Shown piece after piece: positions 25,993 through 32,000 of a DNA stretch of 32,000 nt (position 1 is the first letter of the stretch; every line of letters begins with the position of its first letter). This stretch comes from Thermodesulfobacteriota bacterium (lineage in GTDB: Bacteria > Desulfobacterota > WTBG01 > JAGOGO01): the NCBI GenBank assembly GCA_026625185.1, contig CP113000.1, positions 2,415,622 to 2,447,621 on the forward strand, in the 5' to 3' direction. The position numbers and the translations under genes are program-made. The notes under the pieces were generated by a model. It did no database searches and was not told the origin of the DNA. It saw only the letters and a program-made list of their open reading frames with translations.

Positions 25993-26781
25993 TTAGAAGT
26001 TGTTCCCCGATATTCTCATGGGGATCCCTTTTTCAGAGAGGTATTTTTTTGCCTCCATAATGCTATATTCCTGGTAATGGAAGATGGAAGCAGCCAGAAC
26101 CGCATCCGCCTTTCCATCGTTTAAGGCTTGATAAAGGTGTTCCAAGGTGCCTGCTCCGCCGGAAGCAATGACCGGGACAGGGACTCGCTCGGAAACCATT
26201 TGAGTAAGCGCTATATCATACCCGGCTTTTGTTCCGTCGCAATCCATGCTGGTAAGCAGGATTTCTCCTGCGCCCATGGCGACCACCTTATCGATCCATT
26301 CCAACGCGTCTATGCCGGTGGGATTTCTTCCTCCGTGGGTATAAACCTCCCACCGCGGATGACCGCGAAGATCATCAGGGGTCCGTTTTGCGTCAATAGC
26401 GACCACAATGCATTGGCTGCCGAATCGTTCAGCAGCTTCTTTTACAAACTCTAAGCGTTGCACGGCGCCGGTATTAAGAGAAACTTTATCAGCCCCGGCA
26501 TTGAGAAGGTCCCGAATGTCCTTAAGGCCATTGATGCCCCCTCCCACGGTAAGAGGCATAAAAACTTCCTCAGCCGTGCGGGCCACAATATCGAGGATAA
26601 TTTTCCTTTTTTCGTGCGAAGCAGTAATATCCAAAAAACATAGCTCATCTGCGCCTTGAGCATCATAACTTTTCGCATTTTCCACCGGATCTCCGGCATC
26701 CCGGAGCTGAACAAAATTGATCCCTTTTACTACTCGGCCGTCTTTTACATCTAGACAAGGGATTATTCGTTTGGTTAACAT
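25993..26781 (-). CDS. hisF: Imidazole glycerol phosphate synthase cyclase subunit
   Basis: It begins [20 protein letters not shown] and shows full-length HisF similarity. Confidence 0.95.
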   Translation of the reverse strand: MLTKRIIPCLDVKDGRVVKGINFVQLRDAGDPVENAKSYDAQGADELCFLDITASHEKRKIILDIVARTAEEVFMPLTVGGGINGLKDIRDLLNAGADKVSLNTGAVQRLEFVKEAAERFGSQCIVVAIDAKRTPDDLRGHPRWEVYTHGGRNPTGIDALEWIDKVVAMGAGEILLTSMDCDGTKAGYDIALTQMVSERVPVPVIASGGAGTLEHLYQALNDGKADAVLAASIFHYQEYSIMEAKKYLSEKGIPMRISGNNF

Positions 26782-27509
26782 AGGGTTCCTTTGGCCACAC
26801 GGAGCGCTTCCGGGAGGTCTATCGTTCCTTTATACAAGGCCCGTCCGATAATAACGCCGGTGATTCCTTCCTTGGTTAAAAGCAGAAGATTTTTAATATC
26901 CTCAATGTTGGCAACTCCTCCGGAAGCGATTACGGGAATGGAAACTGCCCGGGCCAGGATCCGAGTAGCGTCCAGGTTTATCCCCATGAGCATGCCGTCT
27001 CTTTGAATATCAGTATAGATAATGGCTGTCGCGCCCTCTTGTTCTGATTTTTTTGCCAGTTCAATGGCGGATAATGCAGTCTGTTCCGCCCACCCTTGGA
27101 TCGCAACCTTCCCATTTCTGGCGTCGATTCCCACCACGATGCGACCCGGAAATTTTGCGCATGCTTCCGGAAGGAAATTTTTCTGCTGATAAACCACCGT
27201 GCCCACGATAACCCGGTTTATGCCCAGGTTAAGATACTCTTCAATACTCTCGAGGGTTCTGATCCCTCCTCCCAGCTCGACCGGGATGCGAATCGCGCGC
27301 ACAATTTTTTCAATTATTGATTTGTTTTGAGGAGAGCCGGCAAAAGCTCCGTCTAAATCAACCAAGTGAAGCATTTCTGCGCCCAGCGCTTCCCACTTCC
27401 GTGCCACTGCCGGGGGGTCTTGAGAAAAAATAGTTTCCTGTTCCATTCTTCCCTGTTCCAAACGGACACATTTCCCATTTTTAAGATCAATCGCCGGAAT
27501 AATCAACAT
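26775..27509 (-). CDS. hisA: ProFAR isomerase
   Basis: It begins [18 protein letters not shown] chose ATG 27509, which follows a GGTGGAG RBS. The track's upstream extension to 27581 runs into hairpin-rich spacer. Confidence 0.9.
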   Translation of the reverse strand: MLIIPAIDLKNGKCVRLEQGRMEQETIFSQDPPAVARKWEALGAEMLHLVDLDGAFAGSPQNKSIIEKIVRAIRIPVELGGGIRTLESIEEYLNLGINRVIVGTVVYQQKNFLPEACAKFPGRIVVGIDARNGKVAIQGWAEQTALSAIELAKKSEQEGATAIIYTDIQRDGMLMGINLDATRILARAVSIPVIASGGVANIEDIKNLLLLTKEGITGVIIGRALYKGTIDLPEALRVAKGTLC

Positions 27510-27626
27510 CGCCACTAACTCCACCTTAAAAGAGACAAGAATCGGAATATCGGAGTCATAAATCAGAATGAACCCCCTCAATTCCCCTTTGGGAAATGGG
27601 GGGGAGATAAAAAGATAAAAATTATT

Positions 27627-27650
27627 CTCCTCTTTATTAATAAAGGGGAG
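27627..27650 (-). terminator. Terminator-like hairpin inside the hisH-hisA spacer
   Basis: The minus strand reads ctcccctttatt/aataaagaggag (a stem of ~10-12 bp), followed by aauaauuuuuaucuuuuuauc. Confidence 0.3.
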
Positions 27651-27749
27651 TTAGAGGGGTTTGTTGAATTCTCCCCATTGATGCTCCGATTAATAACTAC
27701 TGCTTCCGGTAAACAAATCCTTTAGTCTTATTCTTTTTATAAAACATGG

Positions 27750-28388
27750 TTAAATAAGCTTGCCAAACCCTCCAAGCATTGCCAACCCCAGATTTTGGCT
27801 TTTTTCCGGGTGAAATTGGCAGGCAAATATGTTGTCTTTCCAGACGCTGGAGGTGAACTCAACTCCATAGTCGGTTGAGGTTGCCGTCACCCCAGGGTCT
27901 TCAGGTTTTACGTAATAGGAATGGACAAAATAAAAATATGATCCATCAGGAATTCCGGCTAACACCGGCGGCCGCTTTTGAATCGTAATCTTGTTCCAGC
28001 CCATGTGAGGTACTTTAAGAGCATTCCCGGGATTTTCTCCATTCCCAAAAAACCGCACCACCTTTCCTTTAATCACATCGAGACCGGGATGGACACCGAA
28101 TTCTTCGCTTTCCGAAAACAGGACCTGAAGCCCCAGACAGATCCCCAAAAAGGGCTTTCCTCGGGAAATAGCTCTGAGAATGCCGGTAACCAGTCTGCGC
28201 TTTTCTAGATTCCGCATGCAGTCAATGAACGAACCAACGCCCGGCAGGATAATGCCATGGGCATCGTTAATGGTGCGGGCTTTATCGGTAATCACTGCCG
28301 GAACCCCAACTTTCTCCAGACCTTTTTGCACACTCCGGAGATTCCCCATTCCATAATCTATAACCGCTACAAATTTATCTGAAGCCAT
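27750..28388 (-). CDS. hisH: Imidazole glycerol phosphate synthase glutamine amidotransferase subunit
   Basis: It has VAVIDYGMGNLRSV, the catalytic GICLG and a C-terminal HPE. The start is ATG 28388 or TTG 28400. Confidence 0.9.
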   Translation of the reverse strand: MASDKFVAVIDYGMGNLRSVQKGLEKVGVPAVITDKARTINDAHGIILPGVGSFIDCMRNLEKRRLVTGILRAISRGKPFLGICLGLQVLFSESEEFGVHPGLDVIKGKVVRFFGNGENPGNALKVPHMGWNKITIQKRPPVLAGIPDGSYFYFVHSYYVKPEDPGVTATSTDYGVEFTSSVWKDNIFACQFHPEKSQNLGLAMLGGFGKLI

Positions 28389-28427
28389 ATGAGATGACAA
28401 AGAAGTAACAGGTGAAAAGCAAGAAAA

Positions 28428-29015
28428 TTAGAGCACTCCTTTAGTGGAAAGCACCCCTTGAACCCGATGGTCGAGGGTTACGGCGTCACAAAGAGCTCTT
28501 CCAAACGCTTTGAAAACCGCTTCAACAATATGATGACGATTGCTTCCGTAAGGAACACTAATATGGACCGTGATCCCCGCGGCATTGCTCAGGGCCTGAA
28601 AAAATTCTTTTACCACCTCAATATCAAAGGTTCCGATTTTTCCGCGGACGATAGGAAGCTTATAAGCCAGATGCGCCCGGTTGCAAATATCAATCGACAC
28701 CTGGGCCAACGTCTCATCCATGGGAACTGAGGCAAACCCATACCGCCGGATCCCTTTTTTATTGTTCAGACCTTTTTTTAGCGCCTCTCCCAGAATGATC
28801 CCGATGTCTTCGATCGAGTGGTGAAAATCTACGTCCAGATCACCCCTGGCGTTAATGGTCAGATCAAAAAATCCGTGTTTCGCCATGAGTTCGAGCATGT
28901 GGTTAAAAAAAGGAACTCCAGTATCAATTTCCGACTTTCCTTTGCCGTCGAGATTTATCCGCAAACTGATTTGAGTTTCCGAGGTTTTTCGGTTTAACGA
29001 AATAGTGCGAGCCAT
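28428..29015 (-). CDS. hisB: Imidazoleglycerol-phosphate dehydratase
   Basis: It has RKTSETQISL, the HH..E motifs and the typical ~195-aa length. I chose ATG 29015 over the track start at 29030. Confidence 0.9.
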   Translation of the reverse strand: MARTISLNRKTSETQISLRINLDGKGKSEIDTGVPFFNHMLELMAKHGFFDLTINARGDLDVDFHHSIEDIGIILGEALKKGLNNKKGIRRYGFASVPMDETLAQVSIDICNRAHLAYKLPIVRGKIGTFDIEVVKEFFQALSNAAGITVHISVPYGSNRHHIVEAVFKAFGRALCDAVTLDHRVQGVLSTKGVL

Positions 29016-29196
29016 GAGCCTTATCCTCAAAATTTTTATTTAATAAAAAATATTTATACCAGATTCCTTTAAGCCTGTCAATTTTGAGGTTTTTTCGCTC
29101 CGGCCCCTTATTTTTGACCGCCAACCATAAGAAAAGTTCTCGATTTCCTATTGATTTTTAACGACTTGTTTAAGGGCCAAAGTTTAAAAATTTTTC

Positions 29197-29230
29197 TTGA
29201 AAAGAATGTTGGTATGATATAATATCATAC
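29197..29230 (+). promoter_or_regulatory. mazEF promoter with a 9-1-9 palindromic operator over the -10 region
   Basis: TTGAAA is at 29197-29202 and TATAAT at 29218-29223. The perfect palindrome gtatgatat-a-atatcatac lies at 29212-29230, and GGAGG at 29232-29236. Confidence 0.55.
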
Positions 29231-29244
29231 TGGAGGTGATGCCT

Positions 29245-29487
29245 ATGGCAACTTCAAAAATTGCAATAACAATTGATGACAACACGCTAAAGCAACTCGA
29301 TCTTCTTGTTAAATCAAAACTATTTCCAAACCGTAGTCGTGCTATTCAAGATGCCGTTACAGAAAAACTAATGCGGCTTGAAAAAGGACGACTTGCCAAA
29401 GAGTGCGCAAAACTTGATTCTCAATTCGAACAGTCTTTAGCGGAAGAAGGTTTTTCAGCGGAAATGGAAACATGGCCGGAATATTGA
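29245..29487 (+). CDS. Ribbon-helix-helix (CopG/MazE-like) antitoxin
   Basis: The N-terminal beta strand [15 protein letters not shown] and [10 protein letters not shown] form the RHH signature. It overlaps the toxin gene by 16 nt. The start is uncertain among GTG 29236, ATG 29239 and ATG 29245. Confidence 0.75.
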   Translation: MATSKIAITIDDNTLKQLDLLVKSKLFPNRSRAIQDAVTEKLMRLEKGRLAKECAKLDSQFEQSLAEEGFSAEMETWPEY

Positions 29488-29810
29488 GGGGAAATATCCA
29501 TTGGGCAGATTTAAACCCTGTTATTGGTAGTGAACAGCGTGGGTTGCGTCCGGTTCTGGTTTTAAGTCACAATGTTTTTAACGAAAGGTCCGGGACGGTT
29601 ATTGCAGTTGCGTTAACAAGTCAACAACCAAAAGCCGGTTTCCCTCTGACCTTAGAGTTAAACGACAAAACCCTTCCCAAAAAATCCTGGGTTAAAATCA
29701 GTCAGGTTCGTACTCTTTCCGTAAAACGCATCAGGAAGAAAATTACAAAAGCCTCGGATGAAGAACTTTCCCTTATTATTGAAGGTTTGAATGAGATCAT
29801 TGGCTATTAG
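29472..29810 (+). CDS. mazF: MazF/PemK-family endoribonuclease toxin
   Basis: [27 protein letters not shown]...AVALTS...[10 protein letters not shown] is the PemK/MazF pattern. Confidence 0.85.
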   Translation: MAGILRGNIHWADLNPVIGSEQRGLRPVLVLSHNVFNERSGTVIAVALTSQQPKAGFPLTLELNDKTLPKKSWVKISQVRTLSVKRIRKKITKASDEELSLIIEGLNEIIGY

Positions 29811-29925
29811 ACAGCAACTGGTACGGTCACAAACCAGCCTGTTTTTTCTTGATTTTTTTCCCTCCAACGAGTTAAAAATAAAAAATAATTATGTGACCTG
29901 AAAAAGGAAATATTTTTTGGCGGTT

Positions 29926-29982
29926 GCGGAGGAAAAGTTTTGTACAGATTGATTTTAATAAAATAGGCCGGATCGCCAGGTA
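29926..29982 (+). repeat. Copy 1 of a ~57-nt direct repeat (brnT upstream region)
   Basis: gcggaggaaaagttttgtacagattgattttaataaaataggccggatcgccaggta matches 30581-30637 at most positions. Confidence 0.7.
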
Positions 29983-29987
29983 TAACA

Positions 29988-30283
29988 ATGGCTATAAATT
30001 ACAATTTTGAGTGGGATCCCATAAAGGCCAGTGACAACAAAGACAAACATGTGTAACATTTGATGAAGCAGCAACAGTATTTAGAGATTCAAAGGCACTT
30101 TACATATTCGACCCAGACCACAGTGAAACTGAAGATAGATGGATAACTGCGGTTATTTCGGAGAAGGGACGGTTACTGGTCGTGGTCCATACCTTTCAAG
30201 AAGAAAGTAAAGATGCTATCACGATCAGAATTATTTCAAGCCGAAAAGCAACAAAACAAGAAATCAAAACATATGGTGAATGA
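29988..30283 (+). pseudogene. brnT: brnT (DUF497) toxin inactivated by a 1-nt deletion
   Basis: It reads MAINYNFEWDPIKASDNKDKH, then a TAA at 30054-30056. Shifting by one nucleotide at ~30051 restores VTFDEAATVFRDSKALYIFDPDHSETEDRW...LLVVVHTF...IRIISSRKATKQE, ending at TGA 30281-30283. That stop overlaps the brnA ATG as ATGA. Confidence 0.8.
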
Positions 30284-30483
30284 ACATGAGAAAAGAGTAT
30301 GATTTTTCAAAAGGCCAAAGAGGCAAGTTCTATCATCCGGATATGAAGCTGAACATTCCCATTTATCTCGATGAGGAAGTTTCTGCTTTTGTAGAGAAAA
30401 TAGCGGCGAAGAAAGGGCTTGATCGATCCTCGGTAGTGAACGAGCTCCTCAAGGGTGATATGAAAATCTCCGAGGCAATGTAA
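30280..30483 (+). CDS. brnA: BrnA-family antitoxin (intact, partner toxin decayed)
   Basis: It begins MNMRKEYDFSKGQRGKFY and ends with an RHH-like segment (LDRSSVVNELLKG). Confidence 0.75.
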   Translation: MNMRKEYDFSKGQRGKFYHPDMKLNIPIYLDEEVSAFVEKIAAKKGLDRSSVVNELLKGDMKISEAM

Positions 30484-30580
30484 TTTGATCGCTTTCGGCG
30501 AACATGTCATGTGAGCAGCCTTCTAAACTCTAAGCGTTTTATAAGTGACTCAAGCGTTAGTCCTATAATAAGATTAGATC

Positions 30581-30637
30581 GCGGAGGAGAAACTCTTGCA
30601 AGGATTGATTTTAATAAAAAGGCCGGATTGCCAGGTA
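30581..30637 (+). repeat. Copy 2 of the ~57-nt direct repeat, not followed by a brnT gene
   Basis: The sequence is gcggaggagaaactcttgcaaggattgattttaataaaaaggccggattgccaggta. It is followed by ggccttttttgtttttt. Confidence 0.7.
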
Positions 30638-30757
30638 AAAAGGTGATGGGCCTTTTTTGTTTTTTGAAGAGGTCAGGAGTCCAATCAAAAGGGTTTGAAC
30701 TGGCTTACACAGAAGGCCAGAGCCTTTGTTTGCAGTATTACACAGACTGAATAATCA

Positions 30758-31279
30758 TTGTTAGGATTTCATAATATTACCTGCAATATGGATCTTGAAT
30801 CACTAAGAAAATCATTTCGACCAGGAAAAGTAAAAATGCTTCTGATTGGAGAATCAGCGCCCGTCAGCGGTAATTTTTTTTATATTAAGGGGGCGATGAC
30901 AACTTATACTGCTCGTGCCTTCGAGAAAAGTTATGGAATCAAATTTTGTGACCACTCTGATTTCTTAAACTTTTTTCGCAAATGTGGTTGTTATATAGAT
31001 GACCTTTCTCTCATCCCGGTAAATGCTATGAACCCAAAGGAACGTGAGCAAGCATTGAAGGGAGGTATAAAGCCATTATCGCAACGCATACTCGAAATCA
31101 GGCCTGAAATTGTCGTTTCTGTTCTCCGAAAGATTGAACCATACGTTCGAGAGGCTGTTAAAATGACAGGCCTTGAGATGATTTTTTTTGTGCTCCCGTT
31201 TCCTGGCAATGGGCATCAAAATACGTATGTTGACGGGTTATCGAATATCTTGAGACAGTTTATGCCAATTAAAACATAA
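30758..31279 (+). CDS. Hypothetical protein, possibly uracil-DNA glycosylase superfamily fold
   Basis: It is a long ORF. LLIGESAP resembles UDG motif A (GE.P), and a late LPFPGNGH sits where UDG motif B would be. There is no clear RBS. The start is ambiguous between TTG 30758 and ATG 30788. Confidence 0.4.
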   Translation: MLGFHNITCNMDLESLRKSFRPGKVKMLLIGESAPVSGNFFYIKGAMTTYTARAFEKSYGIKFCDHSDFLNFFRKCGCYIDDLSLIPVNAMNPKEREQALKGGIKPLSQRILEIRPEIVVSVLRKIEPYVREAVKMTGLEMIFFVLPFPGNGHQNTYVDGLSNILRQFMPIKT

Positions 31280-31347
31280 CCTTGCACTGGGCTTGCCGCC
31301 AAAGGGAGCGGCACAATTCGGTTTCTCGTTAGGATGAGGAACATTGA

Positions 31348-31653
31348 ATGTGGGGGAAAGCAAAATCATCATCGGACACGCGCTGGTCGGGAAGGGTGAC
31401 CAAAGAAAGCAATGCGCTGGATTTGGAGGAGGGAGTATTCACCTGGTCGGACCCAAAGAAGATTGCGCTGTCGCTCAAGCAGTCGGCGGATAGCAGTACC
31501 CGCCGCAAGGCCTCGCCGTTTCGCTCCGCCATGTCGATGCTCGTATTCTATATCAACCGGGCCGGCAAAAACCTGGACAAGGATCAGTCGCGTATTCTGG
31601 AACAGGCCAAGGAAGAACTGCGCGCACTCTATGAGAAGAGAGGACATAAGTAA
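31348..31653 (+). CDS. DUF3175-family protein
   Basis: VTKESNALDLEEGVF...DPKKIALSLKQSADSS.RRKASPFRSAMSMLVFYINRAGKNL matches my recollection of the DUF3175 pattern. Its codon usage is distinctly G+C-rich. Confidence 0.6.
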   Translation: MWGKAKSSSDTRWSGRVTKESNALDLEEGVFTWSDPKKIALSLKQSADSSTRRKASPFRSAMSMLVFYINRAGKNLDKDQSRILEQAKEELRALYEKRGHK

Positions 31654-31813
31654 TCGCCGAGGAAGTACAAATATAAATGCGAACAACGGGCTGCATGATA
31701 CGGCGGGGTGCAAAGGGATAAACAACTTGAATTGTCCCGCTGACGGTGAGCCTTATCATTAGGCATCGTTAAACCTTTTTGATTGTTAGACCAATAATCG
31801 AAAGGAGGCAGGC

Positions 31814-32000
31814 ATGAGAGCACAAATTTTAGGATTGCGGGTGGCAAGCGTCATTTTCGGGCTGATAACTGTGGCGCAGGTGGCGCGCCTGGTGATACGG
31901 CCCGAGGTGCTTGTTGCTGGACACCTGATGCCGCTCTGGCCAAGTGCGATTGCGGTGGTGATTTTAGGCAGCCTGTGTATCTGGCTTTGGAAACTCTCAG
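31814..32000 (+). CDS. Hypothetical membrane protein, 3'-truncated by the window edge
   Basis: AGGAGG lies 6 nt upstream of ATG 31814. The frame stays open to the edge. Two hydrophobic segments are present (VASVIFGLITVAQVA and WPSAIAVVILGSLCIWLW). Confidence 0.5.
   Translation, partial: MRAQILGLRVASVIFGLITVAQVARLVIRPEVLVAGHLMPLWPSAIAVVILGSLCIWLWKLS

Noticed and set aside
27510-27749. A histidine-operon leader peptide in the hisH-hisA spacer (the 13-codon ORF MGRIQQTPLTPLY).
   Set aside because: It has no run of His codons, and it lies in the middle of the operon, not ahead of it.
30511-30750. ORF 30511..30750 (79 aa).
   Set aside because: It has a non-ATG start and spans the non-coding direct repeat and a terminator-like GGCC...GGCCTTTTTT. 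It shows no coding signature.
29100-31330. An integron-like cassette array: TA cassettes, direct repeats, and GTTAGGAT at about 30759 and 31329.
   Set aside because: There is no integrase. GTTAGGA does not fit the GTTRRRY core. The 57-nt repeats lack the imperfect-palindrome structure of attC sites.

Overview
The gene content suggests an anaerobic bacterium of the sulfate-reducer or syntroph type, but the taxon cannot be determined from this sequence.

Layout:
1. A plus-strand housekeeping block (1-6357): gatC (5'-truncated), gatA, an HD hydrolase, a DUF77 protein, gatB, mtnA and ilvE.
2. A small accessory islet (about 6400-7790) with an intact brnT/brnA toxin-antitoxin pair, hairpin-rich non-coding DNA and a decayed vapC.
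3. A 14.3-kb minus-strand redox supercluster (7794-22081) made of two consecutive heterodisulfide-reductase-type operons. The upstream operon is hdrC2-hdrB2-hdrA(split)-mvhD-mvhG-mvhA-maturation protease. The downstream operon is hdrC1-hdrB1-hdrA1-flxD-flxC-flxB-flxA.
4. tsaC, a 600-nt ORF-poor spacer carrying a near-consensus promoter inside a perfect palindrome, and envelope genes (SLT transglycosylase, DUF2065, M48-LysM lipoprotein).
5. hisB-hisH-hisA-hisF on the minus strand.
6. An accessory tail with mazEF, a frameshifted brnT plus an intact brnA, a UDG-fold-like orphan, a G+C-rich DUF3175 gene and an edge-truncated membrane ORF.

Most notable observations:
- Two ORF breaks in the Mvh/Hdr operon are in-frame TGA codons at conserved Cys positions, so they are probably selenocysteine.
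- One lies at the known HdrA site (DCSxC).
- The other lies at the second Cys of the N-terminal RxCGxC nickel-iron ligand motif of the hydrogenase large subunit. This is not the canonical [NiFeSe] position, which is in the C-terminal DPCxxC motif; that motif is all-Cys here.
- The Sec-type hdrA is also split into two genes inside its inserted ferredoxin domain. The second gene has gained an N-terminal 2Fe-2S plus 2x[4Fe-4S] module.

No rRNA, tRNA, CRISPR array or transposase was seen.
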